Origin: the human T2T-CHM13v2.0 reference genome, Homo sapiens | Reading direction: 5' to 3' (one strand) | DNA length: 64,000 bases | Assembly: GCF_009914755.1 (NCBI RefSeq) | Contig: NC_060936.1 | In this document: positions 43,986 to 58,169 of the stretch, one piece after another | Layout: each line of letters starts with the position of its first letter | Position numbering within the stretch: the stretch's first letter is position 1 | Notes under the pieces: model-generated | What the model was told of the DNA's origin: nothing | What the model saw: the letters and a program-made list of their open reading frames with translations, nothing else | Databases searched by the model: none | Made by a program: the position numbers and the translations under genes

Positions 43986-46269
43986 TTCACTATGCACCCA
44001 CAATGATTTATTAATCTTTCTGTTAAAAATGCATGATTTCCTCCACAGGCAGTCTGGTGAGTGAAATTTTCTGCAGCCTCTCTATCGCTATCCAATGTAT
44101 CTATCTACCCATCTATTCATTCATCTATCAAGTTAGCTAAGTATTTATCAATTTTTAAACTGCGTCACTGCTTCCTGATTTCTCTGAGCCAATTCAATTC
44201 TAAGATTTTTTTAAAAAAATTATCAACAGCTGGCAACATTGTTTATAATGAATGTAAGAGCAATATAGACATTAAAAGTGTAATGGGTGTTATAGTTGCT
44301 TGACACATAGAATTAATCAACAAAGCTTTGAAATTGTATGGCGAAAGCCATGGACTCTTTGTTGCTATATAATGTGCTTGGTACTAGTCATATAAAGGCT
44401 TTTGATGAAGCCAAAGCAGTGCATATGAATCTGATGAAGAAATATAAGAATATCTCATCAGTACCAGAGCAGTTTCTTGATGAGTGGCATCTATTTACAA
44501 TATTTCTGATTTTTAGCTGTGTAAAGAAATGGATTGATCTCCATTATTACTTACAAATTTCATATCTCTTTTTATTTGCATCAAAATGTGAGTAATTGGA
44601 AGTACAGATCATGGTTTCAGAGTATGGAAATTTTTCTTAAAATTAGCAAGCAAGAGCTGAAAACCTTGCTTATATCTAGCTCATTTAAAATAATAAATAC
44701 ATCGTTATAGCTGGATGCCTTACATGCTATAATTCCAAACCATAAAACATCCATATAAATGCTAAAGAATGAAGGATATGAGTGATATTAGTCTGAGTTC
44801 AGACACTGCAAGTATTATCAACGGAAGTGCTAGAGGTACTAAAACTGATGGCAAGAAGTTGAACTGTTTTAGGGATTATATCAAAGAGATGTAGAGAATG
44901 AGGACAGGATGTCCTACAAGGTAAGTGAAAAAGTCAGAGTATTCAAAATTGTGCCAGTCTGCGCTCGTGGCAAGAGGAGTAGAAAAGCTTTTTCAAGGTT
45001 TCAAAGATTTATTTACCCAGGTATTTTACAAGGCAGGATTTTAACTAGCATACCTTTTCAGAAAATTTATGATGAACTAAAGACTGAGAGTTAGTTTTAA
45101 AACATAATTCAGAAATACAATAAATACAAATCCCAAAGAAATGTTAAGAAAGAGAAACCTATTCCTGCTGATTTTTTAAATTACCATAAACAATTTTTGT
45201 AAGTTTATTTAAAAAAAATTATATAGATAGCTGTTATTTGTATAAATCTATATATAATCTGTTATATATAAAAAGATATCTGTTATTTATGTAAATATAT
45301 GTTATTTATATATAGAAATAGATACCTGTTATTTATATAAGTAGCATTAAATTCTTAAAGTTTAATTTTATTTCCAATGGAATGCAATTATCAATCTTTT
45401 CCCTCTAATTAATTAATAATATAGCATTCATTGTGTAGTCTCTAACACCAGCAAAGTAACTATTTGAATTGTCTTTATTAAATAGGAGAGTTACCAATTC
45501 ATAGCCTTCCTGTTCGCCCTTCCATTGATGATGAATGACACTACTGATATTAGCAAATAATTTGTCTTAAAACTTTGCATACAAGAAATGTGGCTTTTAT
45601 AATTGATGTATAAGAATCATTCTCTCCTCATTCTGCTGCAATTCTTCATCTAGTATTTCAGCGCAGGAGCTTCCACTGATTGAACTAAATGGGAAGAGAA
45701 TTTCTACCATCTTTTCCAATTCACTCCTTCCTAAAGAAAGAGAGCCTTTGTAATTGGAAAAGAATCGAGCATACAGAGTTCTGCCATTCACCTTTTTGTT
45801 TTGGACCTGCTAGCCTGCATAAAGGCCACATTTGGCTCAATTCTTGATGCAACGTGATAAGTACAATGATACCATGACCCAAAACTTTCTTCTAGAAATA
45901 GGTATGGGGGAATCCATTTTTCTCTTTCTGTCTACTATCTGACCTACATAGGTGTAAGACAACTGCTTTTAGTACCCCCAAGATAGAGTATTGCTGTCAC
46001 TAAAAAGCCTGAAATGTCTCCATAACTAAACTACATTGGATATGCCATTATTAGTAGTACTGTTTTCTTTAGTGGCCAAATGAAGAATCAAAGACTTTAA
46101 GATCTACTCATAATTTATTTCATTGAAGTTATTTCTTATATTATGTACATCATCACAAACATTTCCTTTCTCTCCCCTTTCCTTGCTAATTTATGAAAAA
46201 GCAATCCAGTATGGTAAAAAATTTTAATTTATTCCCTAAATTATAGGACATGAAGGTGTAATTGTGACA

Positions 46270-48305
46270 GAGATAGAGCAGCTAGGCAGGAAAAAGAAAT
46301 AAAAGGCATTCAAATGAAAAAGAAGTAAAATTGCCCATTTGCTGATGATATGATTTTATATATAGAAAACCCTAAAGGTTCCATTAAGACACTATTAGAA
46401 TGAATAAACAAATTCAGTAAAGCTGCATGATACAAAATCAACCTACAAAACTTAGTTGTATTTCTGTACACTAACAATCTGAAAACTACAAATCATTTAT
46501 GCAAAAAAAGAAGATACAAACAAATGGAAAGATATTCTATGTTCACAGATAGGCAGATTTAATATTATGAAAATGTTCATACTACTCAAAGAGTAGTATG
46601 GAATCTGGAAAGATTCAATGCAACCGCTGTCAAATTCCAATGGCATTTTTTACAGAAAGTTTTTTTTTTAACTATTCTGCAATTCATATGGAAACACAAA
46701 AGACTAGGAATAGCCAAATTAGGAAGAAGAACAAAGTGGTGAGGCCTCACATTTCCTAGCTTCAAAACATATTACAAAGCTACAATAATCAAAACAGTAT
46801 GATGCTGTCACAAAGACAGTTATATAGACCAATGGAACACAATAAGGAGCCCTGAAATAAACCCACACATATAAAGTCAGCTGATCTCCAACAAGAGTGC
46901 CAAGAATACACATTGGAAAAAGGATAGTGTCTTTAACAGATGGTATAGAAAACTGGATATCCATATAAAAAAGAATGAAATTCAGTTCTTATTTTACACC
47001 GTACACAAACATCAACCCAAAATGAGTTAAAGACTTAAACATAAGATCTGAACCTGTACAACTACTAAAAGAAAAGATGAAAACGTTCATGACGTTGGTC
47101 TTGGTAATGGTTTCATGGACATGACACCAAAAGTACAGTCAACAAAACCAAAAATAAACAAGTGAGGCTTCATCAAACTAAAAATCTCTACACAGGAAAG
47201 AAAATAATTAACAGAATGAATAGGCAACTTAGGAAATGGAAGAAAATATTTGCAAACTATATAACTGATAAGGGGTTAATCTATAAAATATATAAGGAAT
47301 TTATACAACTCAATAACAAAATCACTAATAATCTGATTTTAAAATGGGCTAATAACTTGAATAGACATTTCTCAAAAAAAGACAAACAAATGCCAAAAAG
47401 ATATATTTTAAAATGCAGCAATTCCACTTCCGGTTATTTATCCAAAATAAAAATAAAAATCAGGATCCTGAAGAGATATTAGCACTCCCATGTTCATTAC
47501 AATACTATTTATAGTAGCTAAGTTGTAAAAAACAACCTAAATTTCCATTGACAGATTAATGGATAAAGAAGATGTGGTAGGATATATACACAGTGGAATA
47601 TTATACAGCCTTAAAAAGGAAGGAAAATCTGTAATATGTGGCAACATAGATGAATTATGCTTATTGAAATAAGCCAGTCACAGAAGGAACACTTCATGAT
47701 TCCACCTGCACATAGTACCTAAAATAGTCAAATTTATAATATGAAAGTATGGAATGGTGGTTGCCAGGGATGGGGGAAGGGAGAAATGGAGAATTAGTGA
47801 TATGGTTTGGCTCTGTGTCCCCACCCAAATCTCATCGGAATTGTGTTCCCATAGTTCCCACACATTGTGGGAGGGACCTGATGGGAGATAATTTGAATCA
47901 TGGGGGTGGTTTCCCCCATACTGTTCTTGTGGTAGTGAATAAGTCTCACAAGATCTGATGGTTTTATCAAGGGTTTCCACTTTTACATCTTCCTCATTTT
48001 CTCTTGCCACAGCCATGTAAGAAGTGCCTTTCGCCTCCCACCATGATTCTGAGACCTCCCCAGTCATGTGGAACCGTAAGTCCAATTAAACCTCTTTTTC
48101 TTCACAGTCTCAGGTATGTCTTTATCAGCAGCATGATACAGTTACTAATCAACAGACAAAGTTTCAGTTAAGCAAGATGAATAAGCTCCAGAGAGCTGCT
48201 GTTCACCGTTGTGCCTATAGTCAACAATAATGTACACTTAAAAATTTAAAAAGGTAGGTCTCATTTTAAGTGTTCTTACCACAATAAAATAAAATTTTGA
48301 AAAAT
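46270..48305 (+). mobile_element. 5'-truncated L1MB1/2-type element with nested THE1
   Basis: RT tttgctgatgatatgatt (FADDMI); 3' end aaagtttcagttaagcaagatgaataagctccagag...taagtgttcttaccacaataaa. Confidence 0.85.
47798..48140 (+). mobile_element. THE1A-like MaLR solo LTR
   Basis: tgatatggtttggctctgtgtccccacccaaatctcat...ttcctcattttctcttgcc...gtaagaagtgcctttcgcctcc...aca. Confidence 0.92.
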
Positions 48306-48519
48306 AAATTAAAATTACTGTGTAAAAAATAGTGAACATCACTCCAAGATAGACACAGAGATATAATATTTCCTATCGGGAATAATGTAAGTTACATGAG
48401 GGAGTTGCATTATGTTACATAAGAAGGTTCATTTACTTTTATATTTGTCATTCTTGGTGTTAGAAACTTTGATAGAAGTGTATGTGTGAATACTGAGCTA
48501 AAAGGGGGTTGACTGTGTT

Positions 48520-48980
48520 ATAAAGTGGAGCACATCCATTTACATTCTCTTTCATGCTTTCCTTTGCATGATCGGGGCTGATTGACTAATCTTCCCTTAC
48601 AAATGGAATTCTAGATGTTCTTTGGTTTTGCCAATGAGATTTACTCACGCAATATTGGGAAAGTAAAAATGAGATGGAGACAATCTTACTGTGGCTGCCA
48701 CAGGTAAAAACTATGCCATGATAGCACAAGTGCGTGATTGCATGTGAGGCAGTCACGTCAGCAATAGTAGCAGAAGCACCAATCATAGCTTCCTCACCTC
48801 TAGATTATAACTACAGTTGTGATCTGTAAACCAAGGGTCCTTGGTTGTTCTTGTCCAGACTTGCATTTCTTCTACTTTTTCAGCAATTTTGTGAGCATCA
48901 TTATCCATTCTATTCTACTTCTTTCTTCTTAAAACACCTAATGTGCTTTCTATTTCTTACATGTAACATTGCTGAACACG
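48520..48980 (+). mobile_element. Old ERVL LTR (LTR67B/LTR33-like)
   Basis: gccaatgag...cagcaatagtagcag...ttttgtgagcatc...aaacacctaatgtgctttctatttc; diverged. Confidence 0.4.
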
Positions 48981-49557
48981 CAATGACACCAGCTATTTGA
49001 CACTGAGGAAATCTTCACGGTAAAATTGACTATGACATATTACAATGTTTTGTGAAAATTAGACATAATGTGCATAAAGTACTGACCTCTTCTAATAAAT
49101 ATCCAATAAATAATTGCTATTTTCACTAACACTTATTAACTGCTTGAAGATAAAGTATGTGATCATTAGCTTTATTATATTGCCAGATCCAGGAGAATAT
49201 TGCAGATAACCATGTTTTTAGTAGTATAGCGTATTTTGCAAATTACAATTAAACAATTTTGTGGTTCCCTGGAATATATTAAGAAGATATTTTCCTTGAG
49301 GTTTGTGTAATAATTTTCTGTCCCTCTACATATGATACAATCCTTCCAATTGAAAATCAGGTTAGAGAGATTATAATTTTTTCTGTTTTCACAGGGATTA
49401 CTGTTCAACTGTCCTTTGTTCACAAGAAGGTTCTAACTGAGAGAAAAAGAAGATGAAAGCCTATTATGCTATTCATATATTTGGAAATTTTCCCTCTGGT
49501 AATTTATACAACATAGATTTGTCACATTAAATGAAAATGTCATTGAATTTATGCTTT

Positions 49558-49560
<3 letters not shown>

Positions 49561-49592
<32 letters not shown>
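49561..49592. repeat. (TG)n microsatellite
   Basis: About 16 TG units. Confidence 0.97.
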
Positions 49593-49594
<2 letters not shown>

Positions 49595-50602
49595 GGATTC
49601 CCATAAAAGGAGAGATTTTTTAAATACATTCCTGTGCACTGTATTAAAATATGATGTTGAAAAATACTTCTTCTTAATCTTCAAAATAACATCTTTTGAG
49701 GAATGGAATATCCACATCCCTCTGTAATAAAGTAAGAAATAAATCTCCCTGCATGCTGTTGTGACCTTTGACAAGTGTCATAGCTAACTGGTCTTAGCAG
49801 TGGCAGGATTTATTTGTCTCACAGAGGTTTGTGTTCTGCCAGGTGGAAATAATCACTAAAAATAAATGCCTCAGGGTTTTTTTTAGTGTTTGCTTTTTTT
49901 TATTGTGCTTACTCTCACTCTGAGCTGTTGATTTGTTGGCTATCTTACCAAGTCTGAGTAAAAAGATGAAGGAATATTTGGGGTGAGGTGAGCTGTGACT
50001 AGATTTGGATCTTGCTGGTTTGCAAATCCATGCCAGCTTTGTAACCAATCTACCAGAGGCTTCAAGTATCTACTGGAAAATGTGTTTATAATTCTCATTT
50101 CAGGATGTTTTCTTCCTTTGCTCTTACTCTCTCAAAACCACTGATTCTTGAATTTCTGCAAATGTTTGATCAAACTGATAATGCTGATTCATTTGAGGAT
50201 CAATAAAAATCTGGTGTACAGCTCTCTAGTTAGAACACATCACATTACTGATGAAACCTGGCAGGGTCTATATGTCATGATCTACATCCTAGTATTTACA
50301 AAACCTGGTATAGAACATCCTTGAAATTTCTGTCATAGAAGTTATTATTTTTAGGATCTAACAAAAATTCATATACACTAGCATTGTTTACCCAAAATAA
50401 AATCTTGGGTTTTTTGAACATTTATATTTTCCCTAGTCTCTTCATAAATATCAAAACAGTAAATAGAATCCTATCTCTCATGAAACTGTCCTTCGAAAGT
50501 GAGGGAGAAATTAAGACATTCCCAGAGGAAGTTTGTTACCACTAGACTTGACCTACAATAAATGGTAAAGGGAGTCCTCCAGTTTTAAATAAAAGGACAT
50601 TA

Positions 50603-50695
50603 TTGTGATATGTGATTTTCGGAAAGAGAGAGAGCCTCTTCCTGTTCTAAAGTATTTAGCTCATCTGCTGGCTTGCTCTATCAACTGAGACCTTT

Positions 50696-50743
<48 letters not shown>

Positions 50744-51091
50744 GAGAAGGAAAAACAAATGAAAGAAATGGAATGTCAGAGAAGAGGAGAGAGGAAAAGA
50801 AGGAAAAGAAGAGATAGTATTGTAGCATTGCACTTAGTGGAAATTATTTAGAATCATATAAATATTTTAAGGACAGAAAAGAGAAGATATTAATCTGAAC
50901 ACTGAAAGAAAAATGTTGTAAAAAATGAACTTCTTTGTCTCCCTCCTTCTATAACTTTTATTTTTATTAAGAATCTGTCAGCATTTAAGGAATTTATTTT
51001 AGATGCAATAGAATATATGAAACTTATGTTAAATAGTTGAGTGATTGTGTGGGAAACATTATTAATAAAATGAGTCAAATTGGAAAAAAAG
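50603..51091 (+). pseudogene. Putative processed non-coding retrocopy or orphan 3' transduction (contains (GT)n at 50698-50741)
   Basis: Interrupts L1; AATAAA at 51064-51069, A-tract at 51084-51090; degenerate TSD aaataaaaggacatta / aaatgaatggacacta. Confidence 0.55.
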
Positions 51092-51133
51092 AAATGAATG
51101 GACACTAGACAGAAACTTGAAGCCGTAAAATGA

Positions 51134-51518
<385 letters not shown>

Positions 51519-53329
51519 CAAAGCTAACATTATTTTAAATTTTGTTTGTAACTTCACTTTTGGTTTTCTACATAATTTATGAGATTGGTGTATTAAAAAC
51601 CAATTACTAGTCTATATTTTTGGATACACAATATATAATGATGTAATTTTATGATATCAATAGCTGAAAGGGAATGGGGCCAGAGATGTATAGGAACATA
51701 ATTTTTGTAGGATTTTGAAGTTAAGCTGGTAAAAATTTAAATTAGAGTGCATTAACTTTAGGATTTTAAATATAATCCCATGATAAACACATAAAAAGTA
51801 GCTATAGAATACACACAAGAGAGAATGAGAAGGTAATTATAATGTTTAATACAAAAAATTAACTAAACACAAAAGCAGACAATAATACAGGAAATCAAGG
51901 ACAAAAGATACGAAGCATACAGAAAATGAATAGCAAATAGACAGAAGCAAGTTCTTTTTTATCGGCAATTATTCTAAATGTAATAAGATTAAATTCTCCT
52001 ATCAAAAGACAGAGATTGGCAGAATGGGTAAAAAACAAGATAACTCAACTATATGCTGTCTATAAGAGATTCACTCTAGATCCAAAGATACACATAGGTT
52101 GAAAGTAAAAGGATAGAAAAAGATATTTCATGCAAACAGTAATCAAAAGAGAGTAGGGATGGCCATACTATCAGGCAAAATATATTTTAAATAAAAAAAA
52201 TTATAGGAGACAAACAAAATATTGTATACTAATAAAAGGTTTAGTATAGCAAGAAGATATGATTATAAACATCCACATGCCTAATGACAAGTCACCAAAT
52301 TATAGAAAGCAAAAATGAGCAGAATTTAAAGGAGAAAGAAATAGTTCTACAATAATAGTTGGAGGCTTTAATGCCCTACTCTCAATAATAGATAGATCAA
52401 CCAGACAGAAGATCGGTTAAAAAAAAAATAGAGAACTTAAGAGAATAAAACTAGTTATCTCTAATAGGCACATACAGAACCTTCTAAACAAAAACAAAAA
52501 AATATGCAAGTGTACATCAGACATTCTTCAGGACAGACCATACGTTAGGCTACAAATTAAATACCAATAGATTTAAAAAGAGATATCATACAAAGTGTCT
52601 TCTACCACAGCAGAATGAAGTTAGAAATCAGTAACAGATGAAAAACTAGAAAATTCACAAAATTTGTAAAAATTAAACAACACACTCTTAATCTATGGAT
52701 CAAAAGAAATCACAAGGCAAATTAGAAAATATATGGAGATGAATGGAAATAAAAACAGAACATACCAAAACTTATGAAACACAGTGAAAGCAGTACCGAA
52801 GGGGAAATTTATAGCTATAAAAGCTTACATTAAAAAAAATCTCAAATCAATAGCCTAGATTTAAAACTTTAGGAATGATTAAAAAAAAAACCTAACTAAA
52901 TGTAAAGCTAGAAGTTAAGCATTTGTAAAGATCAGAGCAGAGATAAATAAAATAGAGAATAGAAAAATGATAGAGAAAAATCAATAAAACCAAAAGTTGG
53001 TTCTTCATAGACATTAATAAAATTGACAAACATACTGCTAGATTGACTAAGAAAAAGAGAGAAAGCTCAAATAAGGAATGAACATGGATATATGACTATG
53101 AATTCTATAGAAATATAAATAATTATGGGAGATTACTTTGTATATGAACAAATCGGATAACTCTGATGAAATGAACACATTCCTGGAAACATAAAGCCTA
53201 CAAAAACTGGATAACAAAGAAATGCAAAATCTGAATAGACCTATAACTAGTAAGGAGATTTAATCAGTAATCAAAAACTCCTAAAAAAGAAAAAGCTCTA
53301 GACCAAATAGCTTCACTGGTAAATTCTAC

Positions 53330-53694
53330 TGTGTTTGTTTCTTTTCTGCTGCTATAACATAATACGTGAGACCGAATCACTTGCAAAGAACAGAAATTTA
53401 TCTCCTGACAGTTATGGAGGCTGAGAGGTCCAAGGTCAAGAGGCTGGCATCTTGTGAGGGCCTTCTTGCTGTATCACAACCTGGCAGAAGACATCACATG
53501 GGCAAGAAGGAGAAAAGGGGGCTGAATTCCCCCTTTTATAACAAACCCACTCTCGTGATAAAAGCATTAATTCATTCATGAGGGTGGAGCCCTCATGACT
53601 TAAACAGCTCTTAAAGGTCTCATTACCCAATACACTGCACTGGGGATCAAGTTTCCAACACATGAACTTTGGGGGATACATTCAAACCATAGCA
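53330..53694 (-). mobile_element. MSTC/MSTD-type MaLR solo LTR
   Basis: ggaggctgagaggtccaaggtcaag...catgagggtggagccctcatgac...attcaaaccatagca; 5-bp TSD tctac. Confidence 0.9.
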
Positions 53695-54238
53695 TCTACC
53701 AAACACTTTAAGAACTAACATCTATCCTTCTCAAATTTTTCCAAAATTCGAAATAGAGGGAACACGTTCTAACTCATTCTATGAGGACAATATTGCCCTG
53801 ATACCAAAGCCAGAAAAAGACATTACAAGTAAAAAAAACTTCAAACCAATATCCCTGATGCACATGAATACAAAAATCCAAGTGAGGTTTATTTCTATAA
53901 TGCAAGGATGCCTCATCATTCAAAAATTAATTAATGTATAAACCACATTAACAGAAAGGATAAAAATATTTATGAAAAGCTACAGTGAACATTATACTCA
54001 GTGTCCAATGGTGGAAGATTAAAATTTTTTCCTCTAAGATGAAGAATAAGGCAAGGATGCCTACTCTCACCACTTCTATTGTTCAACATGGTACTGGAAA
54101 TCCTAGCCAGAGCAATTCAGCAAGAAAAAAGAAGTAAAAGGCATCAAAATTTGAAAGGAAACAATAAAATTATCATTGTACTTAGATGATATGATCTTAC
54201 ATGTAGAATTCCCCAAAGATTACACAAGAAAACTGTTA

Positions 54239-54566
<328 letters not shown>

Positions 54567-54871
54567 AGAAATAATAAACAAATACAGAAAATTAACAGAA
54601 TACAAAATCCACATGCAAAAATAAGCTGATTGTCTATGCACTAATAATAGTTGGAGGCTTTAATACCCTGCTCTCAATAATAGATAGATCAACCAGACAG
54701 AAGATAAGTTAAAAAAAATAGAGAACACAATAAAATGAGTATCTCTAACAGACATATACAGAACTAATAAGCAATCCAAAAACGAAATTAAGAAAACAAT
54801 TCCATCTACAAAAGCATTAAAATAATAAAATACTTAGGAGTTAACCCAACACAAAAGGTAAAAGACTTGTA

Positions 54872-54949
54872 CACTAGTCCTGATTTTTCTGAGAGGCACA
54901 CATTTCAAGATGCCCAGTGAATCCCTGAAAGTACAGATAGCAATAAAAC

Positions 54950-54984
<35 letters not shown>

Positions 54985-55433
54985 GATTTTTTTCTGTATG
55001 TACATACCCACGATATAAATTAAACACAGTAAGAGATTAACAACAATAACAAATAATAAAACATAACAATTATAACAATATGCCAGCATCACTGCTCTTG
55101 CACCTTGGGACCAGTATTAAGTAAAATAAGGATTACTTTGGCACAATCATTGCAATAATGCAGCAATCAGTCTGATAACTGAGTAAGCTACTAAGTGACT
55201 CATGGGCAGGTAGTATATACAGTGTGGATGCACTAGACAAGGGGATAATTCATATCACAGGCAGGACAGAGAAGGATGGCACAAGATTTCATCATGCTAC
55301 TCAGAATGGCCTATAATTTAAAACTTATGAATTGTTTATTTCTGAAATTTTCCATTTAATATTTTTGAACCTTGATGACCTTGGGTAACTGAAATGGCAG
55401 AATGCTAAACCACTGATAATGTGGGAACTACGG
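54872..55433 (+). mobile_element. MER44B (Tigger7-derived) DNA transposon with internal (CA)n
   Basis: ca(c)tagtcc...cacagtaagagattaacaacaataac...gatttcatcatgctactcagaa...gaactacgg; TA TSD. Confidence 0.9.
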
Positions 55434-55764
55434 TATACTGAAAACTACAAAACACTGCTGAAAGGAATGAAAAATGATAAATAAATTAATAAATGGAATA
55501 AGATCCCATGTTTATGTATTGGAAGACAATATTCTTAAGATGTCAATACTATCCAAAGCAATCTACAAACTCAATGCAATCAATATCAAAATACCAATTC
55601 TTCTGTGCATGTGGTGGAGAGGGACAGCAAGTGCAGTGTCCAGAGGCCCCTTTTCTGATTTCCCAGTCCACAGCAGCAGTGACACTGGGAATGCTCCAGC
55701 CTTCTAGAGACCAGATCCTTCTGGCAGCAATCATAAATAGATCCAGGGTTTACAGAAAAATATA

Positions 55765-57504
55765 TTCCTGGGTTCTCTATTCTGTTCCATTGGTCTATGT
55801 GTCTGTTTTTGTACCAGTACTATGCTGTTTTTGTTACTGTATCCCTGTAGTATAGTTTGAAATCAGGTAGCATAATTCCTTCAGCTTTGTTCTTTTTGCT
55901 TAGGATTGCCTTGGCTATTTGGGCTCCTTTTTGGTTCCATAAGAATTTTAAAACAGTTTCTTTTTCTAGTTCTGTGAATCATGTCAATTATAGTTTAATA
56001 GAAATAGCATTGATTCTATAAATTGCTTCAGGCAGTATTGGCATTTTAATAATATTTATTCTCTCTATCTATGAGCATGGAATGTTTTTTCCATGTTTGT
56101 GTCATATCTGGTTTCTTTGAGCAGTGTTTTGTAGTTCTCTTTGTAGAGAGCTTTCAGCTCCTTGTTTAGACGAGAATGAGGCTGCACACCTACAACTATC
56201 TGATCTTTGACAAATCTGACAAAAACAAGCAATGTGGAAATGATTCCCTATTCAATAAATGGTGCTGAGATACTGGTTAGCCATATGTAAAAGACTGAAA
56301 CTGGGCCCCAGCCTTATCCCATATACAAAAATTAACTCAAGATGGATTAAATACTTAAATGTAAAACCCAAAACTATAAAATCCCTGGAACACAACCTAG
56401 GCAATACTATTCTGGACATAGGAATGGACACATATTTCATAATGAAGACACCAAAAGCAATTGCAATGAAAGCAAAAATTGACAAATGGGATCTAATTAA
56501 ACTAAAGAGCTTCTGCACAGCAAAGGAAACTATCAACAGAGTGAACAGACTACCTACAGAGTGGGAGAAAAGTTCTACAAACTATGCTTCTGACAAAAGT
56601 CTAATATCCAGCATCTATAAAGAACTTAAACAAATGTACAAGAAAGAATAATTAAAAAGTGGACAAATGACACGAATAGACACTTTTCCAAAGAAGACAT
56701 GCATGCAGCCAACAATCATGTGACAAATAGCTCAACATCATTGATAATTAGAGAAATGCAAATCAAAACCTCAATGAGATACCAACTCACACCCGTCAAA
56801 ATGGCTATTATTAAAAAGTCAAAAAATAACAGATGCTGGCAAGGTTGTGGAGAAAAAGGAATGCTTATATGCTGTTGGTGGAAGTGTGAATTAGTTCAAC
56901 CATTGTGGAAGAAAGTGTGGCGATTCCTCAAAGATCTAAAGACAGAAATACCATTCAACCCAGCAATCCCATTACTGGTTATATACCTGAAAAATATAAA
57001 TTGTTCTAATATAAATGCACAGGCATGTGTATGTTCATTGCGGCATTATTCACAATAGCAAAGACATGGAATCAACCTAAATGCCCATCAATGATAGATT
57101 GGATAAAGAAAATGTAGTACATGTACACCATGGAATACTATGTAGCCATAAAAAAGAACAAGATTATGTCTTTCACAGGAACACGCATGAAGCTGGAGGC
57201 AATTATCCTTAGCAAGCAAACACAGGAACAGAAAAACAAATACCACATGTTCTCACTTATAAGTGGGAGCTAAATGATGAGAACTTATGGCCACTCAAAG
57301 GGGAACAACACACACTGGGGCTCACCAGACCGTGGAGGGTTGAGAGTGGGAGGAGGGAGAGAATCAAAAAAAATAAGTAATGACTACTAGGCTTAATACC
57401 TGATAACAAAGTAATCTGTACAACAAACCCCCATGACACAAGTTTACCTATATAACAAATCTGCACATATACCCCTGAACTTAAAATAAAAGTTAAATTT
57501 AAAA
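55765..57504 (+). mobile_element. 5'-inverted (twin-primed) L1PA13-16-type element
   Basis: Antisense ORF2 55765-~56170, then sense ORF2/3'UTR; TSD agaaaaata(t/c)a at 55754-55764 and 57505-57515. Confidence 0.9.
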
Positions 57505-57516
57505 AGAAAAATACAG

Positions 57517-58165
<649 letters not shown>

Positions 58166-58169
58166 TTTA

